The notes beneath the pieces are model-generated. The model ran no database searches. It saw only the letters and a list, made by a program, of their open reading frames with translations, and was not told the origin of the DNA. A program made the position numbers and the translations under genes. Positions 20,777 to 30,933 of a stretch of DNA of 64,000 nt are shown in pieces. How positions within the stretch are numbered: position 1 is the stretch's first letter; every line of letters begins with the position of its first letter. The stretch comes from Candidatus Heimdallarchaeota archaeon (lineage in GTDB: Archaea > Asgardarchaeota > Heimdallarchaeia > JABLTI01): assembly GCA_019058275.1 (NCBI GenBank), contig JAHLVW010000062.1, positions 201,809 to 265,808 of the forward strand, in the 5' to 3' direction.

Positions 20777-20932
20777 ATTTACACACTCAATATAAAATTA
20801 ATACTAAAAGACACTAGGAAAAAGGGATAATAAATAGCATCATTTAATTTCTAATAAAAAAAAACAATTTGATAGTATAAAACTACTAAGTAGAATTCTT
20901 TTTTAATAGGAAAAAACTAACAAAAATCCATT

Positions 20933-22324
20933 ATGAAAGATTTAGCCCGAAAAATATTGGACAAAGTAGAACTTGGTCCGGGCGGGTTTGCTGATATTCG
21001 CTTTCAAAATTCTGAAACGTTGTATATGCATATTCAAAACGGCATTACTCATGAAATGAATTCAACCAGAATGGGTGGAGCAGCTGCTCGGGCTTTAGTT
21101 GGTGGAGCATGGGGTTTTAGTACTACCGCAGATATTACAAAAGAATCTCTCAAGAAGATTCTTAAATCAGCTGTAGGAATGGCAAAAGTTGCTTCTGCAA
21201 AAATAAAAGAACCTCGGAAAGTTGACTCTAGTTTCGCATCTCAAGGAACAGCGAAATTAAAGATGGATGTAGATCCAAAAGATGTCTCAATTAAGGAGAA
21301 ATTAAAGATTACTCAAGATTATGAGAAGAGTATTCGCGAAGTAGATGAACGTATTGTGAATTCTACTAGCCGTTATGGAGAGACTATAAGTTCTGAAACA
21401 ATAATTAATTCAAATGGAACAGATGTAACAACTGAGAGTGGTGTATTCCGATTAATCTCTGGTGCAGTAGCACGAGAAGGAAATTTACAACAAAGAGTGT
21501 CAGATGATGTAGCATCATCAAAAGGGATCAAGTCGATTTTAGATTACAATGCAATTGAACAGGGAACGAAAGTAGGAGAAAAAGCTATTGAGCTTCTTTC
21601 TGCAGATAAACCTCCAAGTGGAAAAATGAATTTAGTCATGGATGCAAGTTTAGTTGGAGTGTTCATACATGAAGCCTTTGGTCATGCTTGCGAAGCTGAT
21701 GGAATTATTACTAAAAGATCAATTTTACATGATAAATTGAATAAAAAAGTAGGTGTAGAAGAGATAAGTGTAACTGACGACCCTACAAAAGATGGTTTAA
21801 GAGGTTCATTTATGTATGATTCCGAAGGAACCAAAGCAAGACCAAGAAAGTTAGTTACAGATGGTGTTTTAACAGAATTCTTCCATACATTGGAAACAGC
21901 TACTATGTTAGGTCATGAACCAAATGGTTCTGGTAGAGCAATGGATTTTAGATCCCCACCTTTAGCTAGGATGGGTAATACCTATGTTGAAGCTGGTGAT
22001 AAATCCATGGATGAATTGTTCGAAATAATCGGTGAAGGAGTCTTCCTTGAGAAATCATACGGAGGATATGTCAATCCAGCAAAAGGACAGTTTATGTTTT
22101 CAGCTCAAAATGGCTATGTCATTAAAAACGGTAAAAAAGACTCTATAACACAGAATGTCTCCATGTCTGGTATGATTATGGAAGTCTTGACAAATACTAT
22201 TGGTGTGGGTAAGGATGAATTTCCAGCATTTAATGGTACATGTGGGAAATCTGGACAATGGGTTCCAGTTACTGGTGGGGGACCAGCCTTAGCAGTAAAA
22301 GATTTAGTACTAGGTGGACGTTAG
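20933..22324 (+). CDS. tldD: TldD metalloprotease
   Basis: HEAFGHACEAD, YDSEG, RMGNTY, CGKSGQ. Confidence 0.93.
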   Translation: MKDLARKILDKVELGPGGFADIRFQNSETLYMHIQNGITHEMNSTRMGGAAARALVGGAWGFSTTADITKESLKKILKSAVGMAKVASAKIKEPRKVDSSFASQGTAKLKMDVDPKDVSIKEKLKITQDYEKSIREVDERIVNSTSRYGETISSETIINSNGTDVTTESGVFRLISGAVAREGNLQQRVSDDVASSKGIKSILDYNAIEQGTKVGEKAIELLSADKPPSGKMNLVMDASLVGVFIHEAFGHACEADGIITKRSILHDKLNKKVGVEEISVTDDPTKDGLRGSFMYDSEGTKARPRKLVTDGVLTEFFHTLETATMLGHEPNGSGRAMDFRSPPLARMGNTYVEAGDKSMDELFEIIGEGVFLEKSYGGYVNPAKGQFMFSAQNGYVIKNGKKDSITQNVSMSGMIMEVLTNTIGVGKDEFPAFNGTCGKSGQWVPVTGGGPALAVKDLVLGGR

Positions 22325-22335
22325 GAGGAATTAAA

Positions 22336-23679
22336 ATGGTTAAAAACGAAAACATTGAGATTGCTGAAAAAGTTGTAAACCTAGCTCAAAAACTTGGTGC
22401 TGAACAATCTGAAGTTTGTTTGTTACAAGGAAATCAGCTGAGCATAAATCTTGAAGAGTCTAGTATTGTTAAAGCAAATAGTAGAAGCTCTACTGGAATT
22501 GGCTTAAGAGTTTTCATTAAAAAAGCATCAGGATTAGCTTCTTCCACACAATTTGGCAAGTCAATTCTAGAATCTATGACAAAAGATGCGGTTTCACTTG
22601 CTAAAGCAAGCAATCCCGATCCAGATAATATTGGTTTTGCTCAACCTCCTGATAAATATCCAGAAGTTGCAGGATTGTATGATAAGAAATTAGCTAATAT
22701 GAGTAGTGAAGCATTAGTTGAATTCGCAATTAGAGCATTAAATGCTGGCTTAGAAGTTGATTCTACCTTTAACATTGCAGGTACAATAAATCTCACAATT
22801 GGTACTAAAATTATAGTCAATTCTAATAGTGTTAATGTTACAAGTGACAATACATTCATGCAGATTTACCTAAGTAACAAGATAACAAAAGATGATGATG
22901 TCGGAGTAGGTATGGAATACAACTTCGGTCGATCTATTGATGAATTTGATCCTGAAGAAGTTGGCAAAGTAGCTGCTGAAAAAGCTCTTAAAATGCTTGG
23001 CGGTAAGAAAATAGATTCCGGGAATTATCCTTTCTTAATTGATCAACGAGCTACAAGACAGACTTTTAATGGTATTATCTCTAGAGGTGTTTCAGCATAT
23101 AACATTATACAAGGAACTGCCTTCTTTAATGATCGATTAGCAGAAGAAATTGCTAGTTCAGCACTAACTATTATTGATAACCCACTCGAGGAAGGTGGTT
23201 ATGGTAGTAGGTATTTTGATGATGAAGGTTCACCTTGTCAAAAGACTGTTATCGTTGACAAAGGTACACTACTATCCTATATCAGTGATGTTTATACAGC
23301 TAAGAAACTTGACATCCCAAATACTGGTAGTGCTTCGAAGCAAGGGTATGATGGAATTCCACATCCAAGCACAAGCCTAATACAAATAGAACCTGGTTCA
23401 GCAACAAAAGACGAACTCTTTGCAGAACTTGGTACAGGACTATATTTGGAAAATGGTTTGATGGTAAGAGGAGGAACTAATATCAGCCAACAAGTTGATG
23501 TCGGATTCTGGGTAGAAAATGGAGAAATTCAATATCCAGTAAAGAACACTATGCTAGGAACAACAGTATATGATATTATGAAAAATGTCAAGTTAGTTGG
23601 AAAAGACTTGCTAGTTGAAGGTGGTATGAAATCACCAATGGTCTTAATTGGTCCAACTAAATTCTCTGGTGGAAAATAA
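22336..23679 (+). CDS. pmbA: PmbA/TldE partner subunit
   Basis: FDDEG, GFWVENGEIQYPV, no HExxH; GGAGG RBS before the ATG at 22336. Confidence 0.9.
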   Translation: MVKNENIEIAEKVVNLAQKLGAEQSEVCLLQGNQLSINLEESSIVKANSRSSTGIGLRVFIKKASGLASSTQFGKSILESMTKDAVSLAKASNPDPDNIGFAQPPDKYPEVAGLYDKKLANMSSEALVEFAIRALNAGLEVDSTFNIAGTINLTIGTKIIVNSNSVNVTSDNTFMQIYLSNKITKDDDVGVGMEYNFGRSIDEFDPEEVGKVAAEKALKMLGGKKIDSGNYPFLIDQRATRQTFNGIISRGVSAYNIIQGTAFFNDRLAEEIASSALTIIDNPLEEGGYGSRYFDDEGSPCQKTVIVDKGTLLSYISDVYTAKKLDIPNTGSASKQGYDGIPHPSTSLIQIEPGSATKDELFAELGTGLYLENGLMVRGGTNISQQVDVGFWVENGEIQYPVKNTMLGTTVYDIMKNVKLVGKDLLVEGGMKSPMVLIGPTKFSGGK

Positions 23680-23700
23680 GTAAATTAACTGATAATTTAC

Positions 23701-25647
23701 TTATCCCATTTTCCTTTTTCTTATTATTATCATAACAGGGATGATAAAAACTAAAGTTATAGTGAGTGTTATTATTGGTTTTTCAATTCCAAACCAACCT
23801 GTTCTTGTATCATTTAGTGGTGGTTCTAATTCCTCAAAATCTGACAATGTATCATCAGTAGATACGTCAATACTAAGGACTTGCCCTACTTGAATGTCCT
23901 CAATTTTGTTTTCTTCCCAAACGATTTCTTCATTTAAGATATGTCTAACGGTCAGGTTGATATCTTGAAGAGCGCTTGCTGCTGTGGAAGCATTTACTAC
24001 AACGCTAAATAAACCTGAAGAATCCTTTCTCAGAGCTTGTATGCTTGTTGCTGGAATCCTGATGTTTGTCATACCAAACAACATGTCATCTGCAAATGAT
24101 GCTCCTTCTACACCTACTTCTATTCCTGGAAAACTCATCGGATTAGAACGTCCGATATGTAGAGGTCTCTCAAATGGATCTGTTTCTATAAACACATGCA
24201 TATGAATGGTTGGGTCAATTGGTCCAATTTGTATTTCATATAATTCTAAATATTGGTAATGATCAAAAACTAAGTAGTTTTGAGGATAAGTACCAAAAAT
24301 GAAATCATCCCAGCTTGTATCTTTTGAGATGTCAAAATCCTCGTATAGATAAGGATAAAGGAATCCAGTATACACATCTAATGTATCTGGAAAGCAAATT
24401 GTGAAACCAGTTATGTTATCATCACGAAATGATTCCGTTATAAATTGTTTATGCAATATTTTCCCTGAACCTTCTGATAACTTATCAAGTAATTGTATTC
24501 CATAGGTTTCAAGAAGTGTACCATAAACCATTTTATGCCTATTATCTAAGACTGCTGACACAAAATCACCAAGATCAAGCATCATACATTTAGAGCTAAT
24601 TAAATTGAGAGGATAAAACAGCTTTCCTCTTATTTCTCTAAAAAGTTCCTGTCCTCTTGTTATGTTCTCATATAATTCATAATATAGTGTTTCTACAAAA
24701 TCAGTGAAAATACCTGATAAACTATCTCTACCGGTATGTGGCAGCTTATGTAGTTCTGTTAAGTCATATATAGCAACTGTTGGCCAAACAGGTCGACCAC
24801 CATAAGGATCATCTGGGGCAATTATTGGGTTTGCTGCCCCACTAAACCCAATATCTGCTAACATTGAACTATCAATACCAGTATTTCTACTTAAATTATA
24901 GAGGATATCCATAGGATGGTAAAGTGCTGAACCTCTTTGAATTGTCTCTCCAGCAACAACATAATGAGCATTACCTTCTAACTGCCACATAAGCTCAAAT
25001 GATCCTCCTAAACAAGTATCTAAAAAGATAACATCTACTCCTCGTACCCATGTAAGAGCATCATCAAATTCATCAATCTCTAAACAATCACCTAATGCAT
25101 AATCAAAGTAAGGATGTGAAGCGTGGTAGTCAAAACAAAGCCCTGCATATCCCACGTCCATGATCAGACATGAGCAAAGCATAATTGTTTGCTGGATAGT
25201 TTGTTTTGCAAAAATCGATGAAATCTCGTAAAGTTATGGGATTACCCATATTTCTAGCTCCATAATTTGCTAAAGTAGTTATAATATTCTTACGAAGCTC
25301 ATACAATTTACATTGTCCATAAGGGTAATCTGCAGAATAAGGATGATCAAAAAGAGCGATTACATTCAAGTTTGTATGTGAACCATCTAACAGTTGATTG
25401 TGATAAATATCATTTATTGTATAGAACATTGCTTGTCCTAAACCATTTAATGAATTGTCCAATCTTGAGTAACATAACTGTCTTGAGTATCTGCACAAAA
25501 ATATAACATGAAAGTCCAATTTTTGACTGCTTGCGGTCTAATCTCAGGTTCAATCGTAATGTTAGATTGTTTTGCGTTAGTAAAAATTGGAGTTAATAAA
25601 ATAAAAACTATAAATAGAAAGGTTAGGTAATTTAATCCCTTTTTCAT
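23701..25647 (-). pseudogene. Clostripain (C11) cysteine peptidase with signal peptide and C-terminal TM, two frameshifts
   Basis: WTFMLY, NMGNP, YPANNYAL..SDHG.G, DTCLGGSFE spread over three overlapping ORFs. Confidence 0.8.
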
Positions 25648-25777
25648 TAGAGGTTCCCCCGGGAGATATTTCCTAAAATATATTGTCGCTTGAAGGTTAT
25701 AAGTTTAAGCTCAAAAAATTCATTATCTTTTAAAGTACTAATTAATAGTAGTTATTGATTTAAGTGGTGATTGAATT

Positions 25778-26113
25778 TTGAACAAAGTTTTCCTTATTTT
25801 AAGTAGTGCTGATATGGAAGTGCATAAAGAATTAACCCTCAGATTAGCTCTTAATACTCTCAAGAAAAAATGGATGGAAGAAGTAAGAGTAATTCTCTGG
25901 GGACCAACAGAAAAACTAGCTATAGAGAATAGTTGGTTCCAAGAACAGATTAAATTGCTGATAGATTCAGGTTTGGAAGTCTATGCATGTAAAGCTTGTA
26001 GTGATGAATATGGAGTAAGTCAACAGCTAAGTGAAATAGGAGTTAATGTTGATTATATGGGTAGATTCACAATGAAGATGCTGAAAGAAGGCTGGAATCA
26101 AATGACATTCTAA
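25778..26113 (+). CDS. DsrE-family protein
   Basis: VILWGP, ACKACSD. Confidence 0.8.
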   Translation: MNKVFLILSSADMEVHKELTLRLALNTLKKKWMEEVRVILWGPTEKLAIENSWFQEQIKLLIDSGLEVYACKACSDEYGVSQQLSEIGVNVDYMGRFTMKMLKEGWNQMTF

Positions 26114-26132
26114 AGAAAGCAAAATTATTTTC

Positions 26133-27104
26133 TTATTTTTTCAAAAATTTTCTTATTTGAATTGAAGAAAATATTATAGAACTTAATGCTATTACTACTC
26201 TGAAACCACTTATACTATTAGTGAAATCTCTATCACATGGATCATCTGTATTCATATCTCCAATATCAGGTGGAACACATATACTATAACCAGCTATATC
26301 AATAAAATACCTTCCAGCTTTTAAGTGATGACAATATTCAATGATATCTGGATTACATAAACAGCTATTTTGAAAGTAAACTGGTGTGTTAACAATGGAA
26401 TATGAACTTCCATGAACAATCTTGTTAATTTCTTCTCTGTTAATTGCATAAGCTATTGCTTTTCTGACTGCTAAACCTATTGACATTTTAGGTCTTAAAG
26501 GACAGGGATCTCTATTACCTATTGCAGGTCTAGCTTCTCGCATATTGAAAGCAAGCATACTGAATGAATCATTATCCTTTGTAAAGAGAGGGACTCCTGG
26601 AAGGATTTTATCCATGAGATACTGTTGCCATTCCCAGTTAAGATTTATGCTAGCATTTGAATCTGGAGGATATAATTGCGAACCATTTTGTATATACCAT
26701 TCATTTCTTCCTGTTTGCAGCTCATCATCCCAATCCATACTAGTATCATATCCAAATACATTATAGATTCCATTTTCGCTATAATAGTTAGTCAAATAAG
26801 GATCAAATTCTGTTTGATTTATTTCTATTATCGTTAAATCAAAATTTCTGAAAGTCATTAATTCATTCTGCCAAACAAAAGGATCTTGGATAGTTATTTT
26901 TAAATCTATGCCAATAAATCTTAATTGTTGTTTAATCAAATTGAAATAGTCAACACCATAACTATCTGATGGAATTTTCGCATAGAGGTAAAAATATGCA
27001 TATGGTAATTTTTGTAGTGTGGGTTGCACCTGAATAATTGAGGATATAGTTAATATTAGAATAACTATACCAACTAAATTCTTTCTTTTTGATTTTCCTC
27101 TCAT
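26133..27104 (-). CDS. Shortened family-5 solute-binding-like protein, membrane anchored
   Basis: QQLRFIGI, AVRKAIAYAINREEI; lacks the central region of the full-length paralogue. Confidence 0.75.
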   Translation of the reverse strand: MRGKSKRKNLVGIVILILTISSIIQVQPTLQKLPYAYFYLYAKIPSDSYGVDYFNLIKQQLRFIGIDLKITIQDPFVWQNELMTFRNFDLTIIEINQTEFDPYLTNYYSENGIYNVFGYDTSMDWDDELQTGRNEWYIQNGSQLYPPDSNASINLNWEWQQYLMDKILPGVPLFTKDNDSFSMLAFNMREARPAIGNRDPCPLRPKMSIGLAVRKAIAYAINREEINKIVHGSSYSIVNTPVYFQNSCLCNPDIIEYCHHLKAGRYFIDIAGYSICVPPDIGDMNTDDPCDRDFTNSISGFRVVIALSSIIFSSIQIRKFLKK

Positions 27105-28105
27105 CTTTTTATTCTCTTTTTATTTTGATATAAAATTACTAATGATACTGTAAATATTGAGCATAGAATAAATTCTATTGAGTTATCTATTGTAACGGTA
27201 TTATATTCTTCACAAACTTCCTCCCATTTAGGCCAAGTAGGAATATCCTTCTTTTTTTCTTTCTGGCCACAAATTCGAGTAACGCCTAAATCATATCCTG
27301 ACAGTGTCATAACATCCCTACTTACTTGCAGATTGTGACAGTACTTTATAATATTAGGATTGCACCATGAGCTATTCATTAGAGTTATAGGCCAGTGTGA
27401 AATTTCGTATTTGCCACCATGAACAATATTATTTATCTCTTCTCTGTCTATTGCATAAACAATAGCTTTTCTAACAGCAAGACCAATTGATTTATCTGGA
27501 TATAATGGACAAGGATCTCTATTTCCTAAAACTGGTCTTACTTCTCTTAAATTAAATACAAGCATACTTAGGGTATCGTTATTTATAATAAAAAGAGGTA
27601 AACATGGTAAAATATCATCCATCAGGTAATGCTGCCATTCCCAATTAAGTTTTAAGTTTTCAGTTGAATTCTGAGGATATAGAACTGAACCATTTTGTAT
27701 ATACCACTCATTTCTTCCAGTTTCTAGCTCATCATCCCAATCCAAGGATATGTCATAACCAATTAGATTGTTGTATGTACCATTTTCACTATATAATTCT
27801 GGAAAATAAGGATTGAAGATTTCTTGCTTTAATTCTATATAAGCTATATCAAAATCACTCATAGAATAATAAGGCTCAACAAAAAGCGGATTGTTTGCTA
27901 AAATATCAAGTCTAATTCCAATTCTAGCTAATTGTTGTTTTACCAAATTCAAATAATCAGGACCATTGTTGTCACTTCTTGTTTTAGCTATTAAGAGAAA
28001 AAAAGAATCTGGATTTGCAGCTAATGTTTGTTTTTGAACGTAGAGTATGCTAGAACAGATAAGTAAAACTAATATGATTCTCTTTATCCTATTCTTCCCA
28101 ATCAA
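27101..28105 (-). CDS. Shortened family-5 solute-binding-like protein (tandem paralogue)
   Basis: Same layout as 26133..27104; 4-bp stop/start overlap. Confidence 0.75.
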   Translation of the reverse strand: MIGKNRIKRIILVLLICSSILYVQKQTLAANPDSFFLLIAKTRSDNNGPDYLNLVKQQLARIGIRLDILANNPLFVEPYYSMSDFDIAYIELKQEIFNPYFPELYSENGTYNNLIGYDISLDWDDELETGRNEWYIQNGSVLYPQNSTENLKLNWEWQHYLMDDILPCLPLFIINNDTLSMLVFNLREVRPVLGNRDPCPLYPDKSIGLAVRKAIVYAIDREEINNIVHGGKYEISHWPITLMNSSWCNPNIIKYCHNLQVSRDVMTLSGYDLGVTRICGQKEKKKDIPTWPKWEEVCEEYNTVTIDNSIEFILCSIFTVSLVILYQNKKRIKR

Positions 28106-28155
28106 TGTAATTTTCCATCCACCTTTTTTTTACTTTAATTGACTTCCCTTGCTTC

Positions 28156-28192
28156 AAAGACTATATAAACCTTTTTGGTTTATATAGTCTTT
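28156..28192. promoter_or_regulatory. Perfect 16-bp inverted repeat containing opposed TATA-like boxes
   Basis: AAAGACTATATAAACC-TTTTT-GGTTTATATAGTCTTT between divergent genes. Confidence 0.6.
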
Positions 28193-28334
28193 TATCTTTT
28201 ACAAAATGTGGTTTTGAATGTTAGAACCTTAAGAAAATAACTAAGAATGAATAATTAAGAATCTGATAATCGTTAAAATAAGAACTGAGCAATTTTTATG
28301 AATAGTAAAAACTAATTATATTAGAGGTAAGAAA

Positions 28335-28844
28335 ATGGAATTAATGGAAGGAATTCTAACTAGGAGAAGCATTCGTAAGTTTACTGATAAATCGGTAACA
28401 AAAGAAATCATCGATGATTTATTACGAGCAGCTATGCAAGCACCATCAGCTGGAAATAATCAACCATGGCATTTTGTAGTTATTGATGATCGCAAGATAT
28501 TGGATAAAGTTCCTGATTTTCATCCTTATTCAAAAATGTTGAAAGAAGCTCCAATAGCAATTTTGGTTTGTGCTCAAGTAACAACTGAGAAATATTGTGA
28601 TTACTGGGTACAAGATTGTTCTGCTGCAACACAAAATCTACTTTTAGCAGCACATGCTAAGGGACTAGGTGCAGTTTGGTTAGGAATGTATCCTAGACAA
28701 GAAAGGGTTACTGGAATTCAAGAACTATTAGGACTTCCAGCAGATATTATTCCTCTCTCTTTGAATGCAATTGGTTATCCTGCTGAGAAGAAAGAACCGG
28801 CTGATCGATACAATAAAGATAAAATTCGTTACAACAAATGGTGA
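28335..28844 (+). CDS. Nitroreductase family protein
   Basis: RRSIRKF, APSAGNNQPW, QNLLLAAHAKGLG. Confidence 0.93.
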   Translation: MELMEGILTRRSIRKFTDKSVTKEIIDDLLRAAMQAPSAGNNQPWHFVVIDDRKILDKVPDFHPYSKMLKEAPIAILVCAQVTTEKYCDYWVQDCSAATQNLLLAAHAKGLGAVWLGMYPRQERVTGIQELLGLPADIIPLSLNAIGYPAEKKEPADRYNKDKIRYNKW

Positions 28845-28937
28845 TTTATCACCTTCCTTTTTTTTTGCCCCCACCAACGATTTATTAAATGATTTTAGAT
28901 ACTATTTTTTAGTGGTTCAAGTTAAAAAACTGAATTT

Positions 28938-29288
28938 TTGGGATTTATTATGAAAATCAAATTGTTAATTAACACACCAGACCTTTCAGTTGGAGGGAAT
29001 TCTCCTAAGAAATCCGTTGATTTGAAATCAGATGACTATAAAGGAAAATCAATTAAGCAGGTCGTTTCAAAGCATATTTTCTCTGACATTCTACAAGGAC
29101 AAGATGAGAGTATAGCAGCCCAAGCTATTGAATTGTTATTTAATTTCGTTCAACCAAAAAATGTAACAGATGTTGATAACTGGTGGTCACAACCTTTTGA
29201 ATCTCTAATAGCTGATGATTTTAAAGAAGTTAATTTAGATTTGGAATTCAGCCAAGAAGGCATTGCTTTTATGGAACAAATGATGTAG
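28938..29288 (+). CDS. Hypothetical protein
   Basis: Fills the gap between co-oriented genes; probable ATG at 28950; no motif recognised. Confidence 0.6.
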   Translation: MGFIMKIKLLINTPDLSVGGNSPKKSVDLKSDDYKGKSIKQVVSKHIFSDILQGQDESIAAQAIELLFNFVQPKNVTDVDNWWSQPFESLIADDFKEVNLDLEFSQEGIAFMEQMM

Positions 29289-29407
29289 AAGGTCTCAAAT
29301 TAGGAGTTTTACTCCTATCTTTTTTTCAATATTTCATTTCTTGATAACAAAATATAAGTAATGATAACATTTTCAAATATCGCAGAAAAGTAATTGATGG
29401 ATTCGAA

Positions 29408-30901
29408 ATGAAAGTTTCTACATTAATATCTGATCTGGAAAAAATCGATACACCATTATTGATTATTGGTGGTATCGAAAAGGCTAAGGATGATTCATTA
29501 ATTATCAAAGATCCTCTTGGTAAAATTATTAAAGATATAATAGATCTTGAGGATTTCAAAGGAGAATCAGGAAAACTAATCTTTGCTTATACTCATGGAA
29601 AGCTTCCTGCAAAGCGACTTTTATTAATGGGTTTAGGTAAAGAAGAGGATTTGACAGCTGAAAGCATACGAAAAGCTTTTGGCGATGCATCAAGAAAAGC
29701 AAGAGATCTTGGAGTCAAGAAAATTGCAATCAGCTTAGATCACTTTCTAAGGAATAAACTTGATTTGGTAGATGTTACTGAGGCAATCGTTCAAGGATTA
29801 ATTATGGGCAGTTTTCAAAATTTAAAGTACAAGACAAAGAAGCTTGATAAATTCAAACATCTAAAAGAACTAACTTTAGTTAGTAAGGATGTTGATGAGA
29901 AGAAACTCAAAAGTGCTGCTAAATCTGGTAAGATTATAGCTAATGCTGTTAATTTCAATAGGGAATTAGCATGGGGACCAGCAAATGACATTACTCCTAC
30001 AAAGCTTGCAGAAGAAGCTGATCGTTTAGCTAAAGAGCATGGTATCATAACAACTATTTTCGATCGAAAGAAATCAGAGGAAATTGGTTTACATAGTTTC
30101 ATAGCTGTTGCACAAGGAACTGAGGAACCTCCTAAATTCATTATCATGGATTATGGTAGTGATAAAACAGATGTTGATACTATTGCTTTAATTGGTAAAG
30201 CAATTACCTTTGACACTGGAGGTATAAGCCTAAAACCGGGACAAGATATGCTCAATATGAAAGCTGATATGTCTGGTGGTGCAGTTGTAGTTGCTGCAAT
30301 GGAGGCTATTGCTAAACTAAAACCCAATTTGCGTGTTATTGGATTAGTTCCTGCTACAGATAACATGCCTTCAGGTAAAGCCTATCATCCAGGTGATGTA
30401 ATCAAAAGTTATTCTGGACAAACTATTGAAGTCATAAGCACAGATGCAGAAGGTCGTATGGTCATTAATGATGCTTTAACATATGCTGCTCGTACCTATA
30501 AACCAAAAGCAATGTTTGATTTTGCTACTTTAACAGGTTCAATGATGATTGCTCTAGGTAGTCATGCAATAGGTTATTTTGCTAATGATGATGAATTAGC
30601 AGTTATACTTGAGGAAGCATCTAAAACATCTGGTGAAAGAGTATGGCGTATGCCCTTATGGGAAGTTTATGATCAACAACTTAAGAGTGATGTGGCAGAT
30701 TTCAAGCACACAGGAGGAAGACCTGGTGGAGCAATTACAGCTGCTAGATTTCTTAGCAAGTTTGTTGAAGAAGTCCCTTGGATTCACATGGATATCGCTG
30801 GTGTCTCAAGACAGGAAAGTGATAAAGGATATAACCCTAAAGGTGGCAAAGGAGCTGCTGTACGCTTAATAATAGATGTCATCAGAAATTGGAAACAATA
30901 A
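29408..30901 (+). CDS. pepA: Leucyl aminopeptidase (M17)
   Basis: GKAITFDTGG, MKADMSG, TDAEGR, ATLTG. Confidence 0.95.
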   Translation: MKVSTLISDLEKIDTPLLIIGGIEKAKDDSLIIKDPLGKIIKDIIDLEDFKGESGKLIFAYTHGKLPAKRLLLMGLGKEEDLTAESIRKAFGDASRKARDLGVKKIAISLDHFLRNKLDLVDVTEAIVQGLIMGSFQNLKYKTKKLDKFKHLKELTLVSKDVDEKKLKSAAKSGKIIANAVNFNRELAWGPANDITPTKLAEEADRLAKEHGIITTIFDRKKSEEIGLHSFIAVAQGTEEPPKFIIMDYGSDKTDVDTIALIGKAITFDTGGISLKPGQDMLNMKADMSGGAVVVAAMEAIAKLKPNLRVIGLVPATDNMPSGKAYHPGDVIKSYSGQTIEVISTDAEGRMVINDALTYAARTYKPKAMFDFATLTGSMMIALGSHAIGYFANDDELAVILEEASKTSGERVWRMPLWEVYDQQLKSDVADFKHTGGRPGGAITAARFLSKFVEEVPWIHMDIAGVSRQESDKGYNPKGGKGAAVRLIIDVIRNWKQ

Positions 30902-30923
30902 GGTGAAAGATATTTTTCACCTT
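30900..30923. terminator. Hairpin between convergent genes
   Basis: AAGGTGAAA ... TTTCACCTT followed by a T-rich tract. Confidence 0.5.
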
Positions 30924-30933
30924 TAATTTTTTA

